Below, piece after piece: positions 26,635 through 34,901 of a stretch of 47,961 bases of DNA. How positions within the stretch are numbered: the stretch's first letter is position 1; each line of letters opens with the position of its first letter. Source of the DNA: a virus (lineage: Duplodnaviria; Caudoviricetes); the IMG/VR virus record IMGVR_UViG_3300042868_005023, positions 1 to 47,961 of that record. One strand, written 5' to 3'. The notes below the pieces were generated by a model. That model saw nothing but the letters and a program-made list of their open reading frames with translations, made no database searches and was not told the origin of the DNA. Position numbers and translations under genes: made by a program.

Positions 26635-27771
26635 CTAATATTTGAGGGCTATGGTAGCAGTGCTACCGCATGAAACTTTATACCAAGTAGTAAGAGCACC
26701 TACTTGTTTAGGGGATGAGTAGTTGGTGGTGTTACCTAGACCTAATTGCCCACTGGCATTATACCCCCAAGACCAAAGAGTGCCATCTGTTTTAGTTGCA
26801 AATGATGAATCTGCCCCCGTAGTTCCATCTATAGTAGACCAAGTTGTTAATGCCCCTACTTGCTTAGGGCTTGAGTAGTTAGTTATATTGCCTAGACCTA
26901 ACTGCCCACTACCATTATTCCCCCAAGACCAAAGAGTACCGTCAGTTTTAGTTGCTAAGGTATGAGCATCTCCACACGCAATCTTAGACCAAGTTGTAAG
27001 TGCACCTACTTGTACGGGGCTGGAACGGTTAGTAGTGGTGCCTGAGCCTAATTGCCCAAAGGAATTATTCCCCCAAGACCAAAGTGTGCCATCGGTTTTA
27101 GTAGCTAAGGTATAAGCATTACCACATGCAATATTAGACCAAGTTGTAAGTGCACCTACTTGTACAGGGCTAGACCGATTAGTAATGGTGCCTGAGCCTA
27201 GTTGTCCACTATTATTTAAACCCCAAGACCAGAGCGTACCATCGGTTTTAGTAGCTAAAGAAAAATAATTACCTGCAGATAAGTTTAACCATGTGGTTAA
27301 TGCCCCTACTTGTTTAGGGGAAGAATAGTAAGTTATATTACCTAAACCTAATTGCCCAAACCTATTGCTACCCCAAGCCCAAAGAGTACCATCTGTTTTA
27401 ATCGCCATAACCCGTCTAGTTAAACCTGCTATAGTAGACCAAGTGGTAAGTGCACCTACTTGTTTAGGGCTTGAGTAGCTAGTTGTATTCCCTAAGCCTA
27501 ACTGCCCTTCGGTATTACTCCCCCAAGACCAAAGAGTCCCATCTGTTTTAGTTGCTAAACTAGAAGTGCCTTCGCTTACAATATTTAACCAAGTTGTAAG
27601 TGCACCTACTTGCTTAGGGCTTGAGTAGTTAGTTATATTGCCTAGACCTAACTGCCCAACACTGTTGTCCCCCCAAGACCAAAGTTCATAGGTGTACGTT
27701 GGTGGCGGAGGAGCAGCTAGAGGGTTAAAGAGCCCTGCTTGTATGAACCCTGCTAAATATCTTTGCGACAT
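26635..27771 (-). CDS. RCC1-like 7-bladed propeller C
   Basis: Seven repeats; N-terminal MSQRYLAGFI plus poly-Pro linker. Confidence 0.92.
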   Translation of the reverse strand: MSQRYLAGFIQAGLFNPLAAPPPPTYTYELWSWGDNSVGQLGLGNITNYSSPKQVGALTTWLNIVSEGTSSLATKTDGTLWSWGSNTEGQLGLGNTTSYSSPKQVGALTTWSTIAGLTRRVMAIKTDGTLWAWGSNRFGQLGLGNITYYSSPKQVGALTTWLNLSAGNYFSLATKTDGTLWSWGLNNSGQLGSGTITNRSSPVQVGALTTWSNIACGNAYTLATKTDGTLWSWGNNSFGQLGSGTTTNRSSPVQVGALTTWSKIACGDAHTLATKTDGTLWSWGNNGSGQLGLGNITNYSSPKQVGALTTWSTIDGTTGADSSFATKTDGTLWSWGYNASGQLGLGNTTNYSSPKQVGALTTWYKVSCGSTATIALKY

Positions 27772-27781
27772 TCTAAGCTCC

Positions 27782-28153
27782 TTAAGAAATTTCTTCCCAT
27801 GAAGCTGTTACCACCAAAGCAGTTGATGTACCCGCAGTAGCCCCGACAGACTTATCCTCAAGCAAATAAAATGTTGTAGTTTTATCTGTTACGATCAATG
27901 AAGCGTACGCTGGCACTGAGATAGTTGAAGCTATTGGATATGCTGTACCACCTAGAGCCGCTGCGCTATACACGTTAATAGTGATATTAGCTGCTGAAGC
28001 TGAAGTATTGGCTACGACAATAGAGTCTATTTTATAGACCTTACCACTTGATGCTGCATTACTTACTAGAGAAGTTGCAGCTGTTGTAGTTAGTGAAGTT
28101 GTACTGGTGTTACCGTAGATTGTAGTAACTGCCACTATGTTTGGATTTGCCAT
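27782..28153 (-). CDS. Virion structural protein (MANPNIV type)
   Basis: Beta-rich, Ser/Thr/Ala-rich; tail module. Confidence 0.65.
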   Translation of the reverse strand: MANPNIVAVTTIYGNTSTTSLTTTAATSLVSNAASSGKVYKIDSIVVANTSASAANITINVYSAAALGGTAYPIASTISVPAYASLIVTDKTTTFYLLEDKSVGATAGTSTALVVTASWEEIS

Positions 28154-28173
28154 CGTTATTCCTTAAAAATTAA

Positions 28174-28764
28174 TTAACTGCCTAAAATCATTGCAAAGGC
28201 TATAGACTGTCCTTTGGTAACACCAGAAGATGATGGTACAGGTGTGGATATCCATGTTGTACCATCACTTGTTAAAACATTGCCTGATGTTCCAGGCGCG
28301 ACCTCTTGTAAAGGACTAGCATTATTGCCTAATAATACACTATTAGTAGTATACGATTTATTTAATGATGCAAGATTAAAATTAGTTCCATCGCAATAAA
28401 CTGTACAAGTTGCACCATTTGGTATAGATACACTAGTTCCTGAAGAAGCTCTAATTAATATAGCAAAACCACCTGTGGTGCTATTTTTAATGATATATGT
28501 TTTTTTAGCTAAGGGCGCTATAACGTCTCTAATTGCTGCATTGGTTCCTGAAACAACCAGCACTGCTTGTCTAGCTTCATCCGATAAACCATTGAGATTA
28601 GTCAATGTGTAATTAGCATCAGTCATTGTTATGGCTTGTACGCCAGCAATAGATTGCTCTAACAATGTTCCTAAATTTGTATTAGTTGTGGTGCCCCAAG
28701 TACCAGCTTGCTCTCCAGAACCTATAAGTTCTATTCTAAGCGAGGGGGAATAAGTAGATGGCAT
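28174..28764 (-). CDS. Putative tail fibre-proximal protein
   Basis: MPSTYS..L.IEL...GEQAGTWG.TTN.N start; APGTSGNVLTSDGTTW fibre motif. Confidence 0.65.
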   Translation of the reverse strand: MPSTYSPSLRIELIGSGEQAGTWGTTTNTNLGTLLEQSIAGVQAITMTDANYTLTNLNGLSDEARQAVLVVSGTNAAIRDVIAPLAKKTYIIKNSTTGGFAILIRASSGTSVSIPNGATCTVYCDGTNFNLASLNKSYTTNSVLLGNNASPLQEVAPGTSGNVLTSDGTTWISTPVPSSSGVTKGQSIAFAMILGS

Positions 28765-28779
28765 CGTAGGGTTCCCTAA

Positions 28780-29241
28780 TTAAACATTGAAAGTAAAAGA
28801 CAGAGCAAGGGCTTTGCCAGTAGTTAAACCAGCTACAGCTGCAGTTGTCTGAGTAGTATTATCAGGGAACTTTACTCCACCACTAGTAGATTGAATTATC
28901 CCAGCGACTACAGCATTTCCAGATGCGTCCAAATTAACAGATTTAGAAGCAGGATATGTGCAAAACACATCTTTAGATCCTGCTGTGAACACCACCAGAG
29001 CATTTGCATTAGAAGATGACAATACTGTAGTCCGAGCAAGAGTAGTTCCAGATAGAGTATACGTACCTATACCAACTTCCCAGTTAGCCCCACCTTGGTC
29101 AGCTATGCAGTAGTACGTAGTATTGCCATTACCAATTACTGAAAAGGCTTGGAAACCTGTTGCCGCCCCTAATAACGTCGCCGTTCCAGTGCCCACTACA
29201 GTTGTAGACTCTTTTACTCTATCGTTGACGACTAATGCCAT
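28780..29241 (-). CDS. Virion structural protein (DRVKE...WEVGIGTY type)
   Basis: Recurrent phage tail motif; GVKFPD.T.QTTAA fibre motif. Confidence 0.65.
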   Translation of the reverse strand: MALVVNDRVKESTTVVGTGTATLLGAATGFQAFSVIGNGNTTYYCIADQGGANWEVGIGTYTLSGTTLARTTVLSSSNANALVVFTAGSKDVFCTYPASKSVNLDASGNAVVAGIIQSTSGGVKFPDNTTQTTAAVAGLTTGKALALSFTFNV

Positions 29242-29253
29242 TAGTATTCCTTA

Positions 29254-29820
29254 TTACGCAGCTGTAGCAGTATATGTTACACTTAACGTGTCACCAGAAG
29301 TTACAGTTTTAGATCCTGCAGTAAAATCACCAGCCGAAAATAAAGTTCCTGTAGTATTATCAATAGTAGCTGAGCCACCAATATTAATAAAACAACCAGC
29401 AATTGTTCCAGAGCCTGTCATTGTAAAAACAACAGCTGATGAGGTAGCTTTAGCACCAGCAGCTGCAACACTAAATACAGGTGTTTTACGATTACCAGAA
29501 TATGTAGGTGCATTAGCAAGGCCTACTTCAAGCCAACCTGCGTGTGATGCTTGTGTGTCTCCAACAGCAGCGGTGCCTGAACCTTTAAGACCCATTACAA
29601 CTGCCCCACCTGCTGTATTACCAAGAACAGTGTTCATAGTAAAGTTTTTACCAACAGTGGTCACTAAGTTGCCAATAACGTCAACCCATTTAATACTGCC
29701 AGATTTGTCATGACATGTAATTTGATACGTGCCGTGTAAGCTCATAGCCTCGTCATAACTTGCGCCTCTATTTACAGAAGCTGAACAAGTATCACCTACG
29801 TTTGTTTTTTCAATATGCAT
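29254..29820 (-). CDS. Virion structural protein
   Basis: NLVTTVG, GTLFSA, VTSGDTL.VTY motifs; tail module. Confidence 0.6.
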   Translation of the reverse strand: MHIEKTNVGDTCSASVNRGASYDEAMSLHGTYQITCHDKSGSIKWVDVIGNLVTTVGKNFTMNTVLGNTAGGAVVMGLKGSGTAAVGDTQASHAGWLEVGLANAPTYSGNRKTPVFSVAAAGAKATSSAVVFTMTGSGTIAGCFINIGGSATIDNTTGTLFSAGDFTAGSKTVTSGDTLSVTYTATAA

Positions 29821-29830
29821 TTTAAATCCT

Positions 29831-30250
29831 CTACGAAATTCTAATAACAGCTGTGGTAGCTGTGGCTGTTGGGAAAGTTACTGTAAATGTGCCAGAAGCA
29901 ATCTTATCTGAACCAAAATCTAAAACAGCTACAGCGGCGTTAGTTGTACCATTATATATCAAAGCGCCGCGGCATAAGAAGTTAGATAATAACCATGACA
30001 CATTATTAAATGATACATATGCAGTACTACCAGAACTATCGGGAGGAATCGGCGTTAACACTTCCCCTCCTGTTATATAACCAGTACCAACCACTTCATC
30101 ACTTGTTGTATAAACCAATGTATCTGCATTTAAACTTGCATTAGCTGTATACAATGCAATCTTATATACTTGCGTAGTTCCTGTTGCAAAGTTTTCTAAC
30201 CCGCTTAATAAGTTTTTTTTAAATATGGTACATTGTGTTTGAACTATCAT
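29831..30250 (-). CDS. Virion structural protein
   Basis: FK..LL.G, KIALYT, GALIYN, AVAVLDFG.DK motifs. Confidence 0.65.
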   Translation of the reverse strand: MIVQTQCTIFKKNLLSGLENFATGTTQVYKIALYTANASLNADTLVYTTSDEVVGTGYITGGEVLTPIPPDSSGSTAYVSFNNVSWLLSNFLCRGALIYNGTTNAAVAVLDFGSDKIASGTFTVTFPTATATTAVIRIS

Positions 30251-30909
30251 AAGCTGTTATAAGGTATTTTAGTTTGATTATTTCTGTATGCGTCACCACG
30301 TTCTAAACCATCGCCAAGACGTTTTAATTGAGTAACCGCTTCTTGATATTTTTGTTCATAATACCCAACCATATCAGCTTCGCCTTTCATAAAGATCATA
30401 GCCTCACGCATAGCCCCATAGAACAACACAGGGTCGTAGTTGTCACCAACCCAGCTAGTACCCGCTGTAACTATAGACTCTGGATAATAGTAGTAATGCA
30501 ACTCTACCCCGTAATTAGCGTCAGGTGTTGGTACTACTATTAATGAAAGTTCTGTAGGATCTACAAGTTGAGGGCCAAAAATAGCATAGTACTTCGGAAG
30601 ACCTGTATCTGCCGGGTTTGGATATGCCTCGCGTATAAAACTTACATCCTTATCAATAAGAAAACTGTATGAGCCCAAAGCGTCTATAGCTGCAAGTGAG
30701 TACACAGACATAAAATCTGAAGGGCATGATAAATATTTATTATTACTTGTAAGCGTACCTGTTACGTTTTTTCTAAGTACAGGAATCTGTACACTATTGT
30801 ATATGCGTTGTTCAGCCTCTTTGACAAATAACGGAATATTAGAGACAAACAACTGCTCTGTGTTTTCCGCGTAATCTTGTATTGCTTGTACTAACGCTGC
30901 ATAATTCAT
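30247..30909 (-). CDS. Head-tail adaptor (tail tubular A-like)
   Basis: MNY..L..AIQDY.E, G.PKYY, PTPD..Y, LFYGA..EA..FMK. Confidence 0.7.
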   Translation of the reverse strand: MNYAALVQAIQDYAENTEQLFVSNIPLFVKEAEQRIYNSVQIPVLRKNVTGTLTSNNKYLSCPSDFMSVYSLAAIDALGSYSFLIDKDVSFIREAYPNPADTGLPKYYAIFGPQLVDPTELSLIVVPTPDANYGVELHYYYYPESIVTAGTSWVGDNYDPVLFYGAMREAMIFMKGEADMVGYYEQKYQEAVTQLKRLGDGLERGDAYRNNQTKIPYNSL

Positions 30910-30912
30910 TGA

Positions 30913-31077
30913 TTAACCCATTGGCCCACGAGCCATCTTGCCTTTAGTAGCGGCACCAGTACCTCTAATTTTAATACCAGTTGTCTTAATACCTTTTTCA
31001 GGTACACCAGCTCCTTCAACATTTATCACAGGAACTGATTTAATTTGTGGATATTTACTATTATCTGTTTTAGCCAT
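30913..31077 (-). CDS. 54-aa basic protein ending IRGTGAATKGKMARGPMG, absent from ORF track
   Basis: Manual translation; fills gap; motif resembles C-termini of 32884..34161 and 34161..34901. Confidence 0.75.
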   Translation of the reverse strand: MAKTDNSKYPQIKSVPVINVEGAGVPEKGIKTTGIKIRGTGAATKGKMARGPMG

Positions 31078-31085
31078 GTCTATCT

Positions 31086-31469
31086 CTATGTTATAGTTAC
31101 TGAACTAACTTGCCCTATTGCAACTAATGCGTTGGGTGTTAAAACTGCATCAAATTGCGAAGCCCCACCTACTGGTGCCCAACCCCATTCAAATATCCGT
31201 GAACCACCAGAAGGTTGATTATTAATATCCAAACCTGAAACCTGATAACTCGTATCTCTACGAGGATTACGCAATGCTTGTGGATCACTTACTGGATACA
31301 TACCAAGACTTAATTGCGGTTGATCAGGCTCCCAACATGTTGGACAAACTAAGATATTGGTTATCTTAGTCTTTATTGTTAAAGGCTTCAATCTTTTTAA
31401 TAAGTACTCCATACCGCAACGGTCACATTGCGATATCGCAATCTTACCTAGGGCGTACTTAGAACTCAT
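31086..31469 (-). CDS. Conserved phage protein with two CxxC motifs
   Basis: CDRCG...VCPTCWEPDQPQL...DPQALRNPR. Confidence 0.75.
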   Translation of the reverse strand: MSSKYALGKIAISQCDRCGMEYLLKRLKPLTIKTKITNILVCPTCWEPDQPQLSLGMYPVSDPQALRNPRRDTSYQVSGLDINNQPSGGSRIFEWGWAPVGGASQFDAVLTPNALVAIGQVSSVTIT

Positions 31470-32064
31470 ACGTATTACTCTTTTTGCGGTTATCCACAGC
31501 CGGGAGTATTTGCAAGTTTAAGGGTGTATGCAGCCCACTAACAAAATCTCCTTGCAAAGGTATTATATGATCCACTTCATATTTTACACCAAATGCTTTA
31601 GAAAACTCATTAGCTAACCAATAAATATGCGCTATAGTTTCTCGATCTTGGGATGTCTCCCATTTAGGAGTAGCGTTTAATTTACTTGCTCTTCGTCTAG
31701 CGTGTTTTATTCTTAATTTATCTGGATTATTAATGACCCAATTACGTTTAGACGCCCTTACAATATCTTTGTTATTTTCAGCATATTTTGCTTTATGTTG
31801 CCTATTCAACTCTGGATTAGCCAGTCTCCATTTCAGGTGTGCCTGCGCTCTACGTTCTGGATGCAATAGGGCATACGCTTTATCTCTAGCCTTTACATGC
31901 TCAGAGTTATTTAGCTTCCAATCTTTTTTTAACTGTGCAATTCTAGTTTTATTGTCCTTTCGATATTGTGCCATATAGATAGATACGCATTGTTTGCAGC
32001 TGTTCCCTCTTTTTGGAAACATAGTTATATCTTTAGTAGCAAAACAATCAATACAACTTTTCAT
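31459..32064 (-). CDS. HNH homing endonuclease
   Basis: N-terminal CxxC pairs; ATPKW; VDHIIPL.G..VSGLH...NL......N..KSN. Confidence 0.9.
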   Translation of the reverse strand: MKSCIDCFATKDITMFPKRGNSCKQCVSIYMAQYRKDNKTRIAQLKKDWKLNNSEHVKARDKAYALLHPERRAQAHLKWRLANPELNRQHKAKYAENNKDIVRASKRNWVINNPDKLRIKHARRRASKLNATPKWETSQDRETIAHIYWLANEFSKAFGVKYEVDHIIPLQGDFVSGLHTPLNLQILPAVDNRKKSNTYEF

Positions 32065-32777
32065 CGGCTAAATGACATTCTAGGCACAACTCTTAACGGG
32101 CTTTTGTCTCTATTTTCTTGAGCTGCCAAATCAAACTGCTCATCATATACCGCCTTAAGCGCTGCACCTCTATTTATATCTATATTAGGAAGCTTCATAG
32201 CTAAATAATAAGCTAAGCCCGCAACTAATGCTGGTAGGAATAGATAAGGTATATCTTGCGTATTTACAGCATTTCCAGCATCTTTCAATCTTCTTAGTCT
32301 CCAGTACACAAACGTATATTGACTGTCTGGAGCTTGCGGCGTAGGCCACACATTAATGGTTGGATAGGCTATTCCTGTTGGTGTTGTTGCACCTGTTTGC
32401 CTATTTATCCAAACTTGTATAGGTTTACCTTGCGCGTTCTTATTAGGAATTGTCGAATAGGTAGAACCTGAAATTCTTGATATGGTTAAGTCAGATTGAT
32501 TTTGACCTGAACCTGTGCGTATCACATGGTCAAGCAAATCTACAGTATCAATAGGCAGGTCATACACGGCTTGCCCAGTATGTAAAACAATTTGACCTTG
32601 CTCTACTTCCCAAAGGTTTAGACCTTTGTTTTGCCATTCTATTAATAACAAATTTAAGGAGCGTCTAGCTGTTTTTAAATCATAACCACTACGAAGCTCA
32701 GAACCACACCTCTCAAAGGCTTCTTCTATAAGTTCGCCAAGATCTAAATTAAATGCAGTCGTTGCCGTAGTAGTCAT
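32061..32777 (-). CDS. Head-tail connector/adaptor-like protein
   Basis: IEEAFERCG, ARRSLNLL..EW.N.GLNLW, WPTP, GLAYYLAMK. Confidence 0.7.
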   Translation of the reverse strand: MTTTATTAFNLDLGELIEEAFERCGSELRSGYDLKTARRSLNLLLIEWQNKGLNLWEVEQGQIVLHTGQAVYDLPIDTVDLLDHVIRTGSGQNQSDLTISRISGSTYSTIPNKNAQGKPIQVWINRQTGATTPTGIAYPTINVWPTPQAPDSQYTFVYWRLRRLKDAGNAVNTQDIPYLFLPALVAGLAYYLAMKLPNIDINRGAALKAVYDEQFDLAAQENRDKSPLRVVPRMSFSR

Positions 32778-32884
32778 TTTCTACCCTGTCTATTTTTGGT
32801 AAGAGGAGGGCATGATTTAACTACCCTCCTTTTCTTATCTATCTTCTTAGGATTTATATCTCCCATCCCACGTGATGGACGCAT
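32774..32884 (-). CDS. 36-aa basic peptide MRPSRGMGDINPKK..., absent from ORF track
   Basis: Manual translation; start overlaps upstream stop (TGATG) and stop overlaps downstream start (ATGA). Confidence 0.6.
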   Translation of the reverse strand: MRPSRGMGDINPKKIDKKRRVVKSCPPLTKNRQGRK

Positions 32885-34161
32885 CAGCAGTATCTACCTC
32901 TTGTTTTACCACGTTGAGCGCATCCATCACCACGAGAAGCAGAAGATGCTTTAGGTTTAGAAGAAGTCTTTGCTACAGGTTTAGAAGAAGTCTTTGCTAC
33001 AGGTTTAGCTGTCGGTTTAGCCGATCTAACTATACCGCCTTTAGCAAAAGCTTTTGCTGCAACTTTACCACCTTTCTTCATAGTATTGGCTGGCGATAAT
33101 GCAGGGTCTCTAACAGGCATTAATTTGTTTCGTATATCATTGACATATGCCGCATCAATACCTCGAGGCATTGCAAACACAGGACGAGTTTGTATTTGAG
33201 CACCTGAACCAGCTGGGCCTCCACCCATAATGCCGCCACCTCCACCAACTGAGCCTCCGCCCATAATGCCGCCACCTCCACCAACTGAGCCTCCGCCCAT
33301 AATGCCGCCACCTCCACCAACTGAGCCTCCGCCCATAATGCCGCCACCTCCACCAACTGAGCCTCCGCCCATAGCATAAGGATTGCTAGAAGAAGGTGTA
33401 ACTGCATCTTTTTGAGCTTGAGCCGTTATGTTCTCTTGTCTAGTAGCTTCAGTTGCTTTGTCGGCCACCACTTTATCCGCAGCAGCTTTGTCTGCAGCAA
33501 CTTTATCAGCGGCAGCTTTTTCACTAGCTTGAAGGGCCTCCAATTTACCAGCTGGTGTTTTTGCATAAGCAGCTTTGTCCCTAGCCTCTTTGTTTCGTTT
33601 TGCTAACTCGGCTTGAGCTGCTTTTTGTTTAGCAGCAAGCTCTTTTGCGGCGTCTTGCCTTGCTTTAGCTGCGGCTTTATTAGCAGCTTGTTTAGCTTTA
33701 TTAGCTGCTTGATTAGCCTCTTGCTTAGCTTTATTAGCAGCTTGGGTTTCTGCTTGTTTAGCTTTATTAGCAGCTTGTTTAGCTTTATTAGCTGCTTGAT
33801 TAGCCTCTTGCTTAGCTTTATTAGCAGCTTGGGTTTCTGCTTGTTTAACTTGTTGCGGCGTAGGAGCTTTAGCAGCAGGAGCTTTAGCAGCAGGAGCTTT
33901 AGCAGCAGGAGCTTTAGCAGCAGGAGCTTTAGCAGCAGGAGCTTCAGCAGCAGGAGCTTTAGCAGCAGGAGCTTTAGCAGCAGGAGCTTTAGCCGCAGTT
34001 TGTTTAGCCTGATTAGCCGCAGCTTTCTCAGCAGCCGCTTGTTTAGCCGCAGTTTGTTTAGCCTGATTAGCCGCAGCTTTCTCAGCAGCCGCTTGTTTAG
34101 CCGCAGTTTGTTTAGCCTGATTAGCCGCAGCTTTCTCAGCAGCTTTGTTTGCGGCGGCCAT
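32884..34161 (-). CDS. Ala/Lys-rich low-complexity protein (histone H1/TolA-like composition)
   Basis: Several tandem repeat blocks, all multiples of 3 nt; coupled on both sides. Confidence 0.75.
   Translation of the reverse strand: MAAANKAAEKAAANQAKQTAAKQAAAEKAAANQAKQTAAKQAAAEKAAANQAKQTAAKAPAAKAPAAKAPAAEAPAAKAPAAKAPAAKAPAAKAPAAKAPTPQQVKQAETQAANKAKQEANQAANKAKQAANKAKQAETQAANKAKQEANQAANKAKQAANKAAAKARQDAAKELAAKQKAAQAELAKRNKEARDKAAYAKTPAGKLEALQASEKAAADKVAADKAAADKVVADKATEATRQENITAQAQKDAVTPSSSNPYAMGGGSVGGGGGIMGGGSVGGGGGIMGGGSVGGGGGIMGGGSVGGGGGIMGGGPAGSGAQIQTRPVFAMPRGIDAAYVNDIRNKLMPVRDPALSPANTMKKGGKVAAKAFAKGGIVRSAKPTAKPVAKTSSKPVAKTSSKPKASSASRGDGCAQRGKTRGRYC
33217..34145 (-). repeat. Coding tandem repeats: 36 bp x4 (GGGSVGGGGGIM), ~87 bp x2, 15 bp x9 (AKAPA), 54 bp x~3
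   Basis: Visible in DNA and protein. Confidence 0.9.
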
Positions 34162-34901
34162 TATACGAACCTGCCTTTAGTTTTACCTTTAGATGTACAT
34201 CCATCGGCAGCTCGTACAAAGCCACCGTTTTTCATACACTTAGTTTTGCCACGTTTTGCAATACCATCAATGCTAGATCCAGTAACACCACCAGCTTTCA
34301 TTTTGTTCATTGGAGCAGCAGCCATACCTGCACTTCCCCCTATAGCTTTAGCAGGTCTTGGTTGAGGACTTGGTGCTGCTGGCTTAGCAGGTCTTGGTTG
34401 AGGACTTGGTGCTGCTGGTTTAGCAGGTCTTGCTGGCATTGCTTGTTGTTTAGCCTTCATTGCTTGAACTTTTTGCATCATGGCTGCTTGTCTAGCTCCT
34501 CTATCTGCATCTGAAGCTTTAGGGACAGGTGTATTTCTTGCCGCCATCTGAGCCTTCATCCCCTTAACTTTTTCTACTGAAGCTACTCGGCTAGCGACTC
34601 TATCTGCATCTGAAGCTTTAGGTGCTTTTGCTTGAACAGCTTTTTGTAAAGCAGCTTTTTGAGAAGCTGGAGCGTATGGAGAAGCTTTAGGTTTACTTGC
34701 TGAAGGGGCTTTCTTTACAGAACCACCCTCTTTATAACATGATCCGCCATCTTTCATCTTATGAACACCTTCAGACTTTTCACCTGATGCATATTCTTCA
34801 GGAGTTATTTTGCCAGATTTAATAGCTTTGGCTTCTTTAAGCTCTTCGCTTTTAGTTTCTTTGCCTTTAAATAGTTTTTTCAAATCAGATTTCTTAGCCA
34901 T
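34161..34901 (-). CDS. Lys/Ala/Pro-rich basic protein with four [MY]KxGG motifs
   Basis: ORF track; GGTGG SD; internal duplications. Confidence 0.8.
   Translation of the reverse strand: MAKKSDLKKLFKGKETKSEELKEAKAIKSGKITPEEYASGEKSEGVHKMKDGGSCYKEGGSVKKAPSASKPKASPYAPASQKAALQKAVQAKAPKASDADRVASRVASVEKVKGMKAQMAARNTPVPKASDADRGARQAAMMQKVQAMKAKQQAMPARPAKPAAPSPQPRPAKPAAPSPQPRPAKAIGGSAGMAAAPMNKMKAGGVTGSSIDGIAKRGKTKCMKNGGFVRAADGCTSKGKTKGRFV

Noticed and set aside
22462-27771. Diversity-generating retroelement targeting the RCC1 genes
   Set aside because: No reverse transcriptase or non-coding template repeat in the window; variable codons include TTA, AGG and GAA as well as NNY, and variation is spread across all blades. 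An RT in the missing part of the genome cannot be excluded
29123-30543. + strand ORFs such as 29123..29713
   Set aside because: Antisense to well-supported, tightly packed structural genes
33613-34365. 250-aa + strand ORF with SRSF repeats
   Set aside because: Antisense shadow of the Ala/Lys repeat gene; no SD or operon context
32884-34901. ATPase call from GxxxxGKT motifs
   Set aside because: No Walker B or globular domain; motifs lie at the ends of disordered proteins, so kept only as a linear-motif finding
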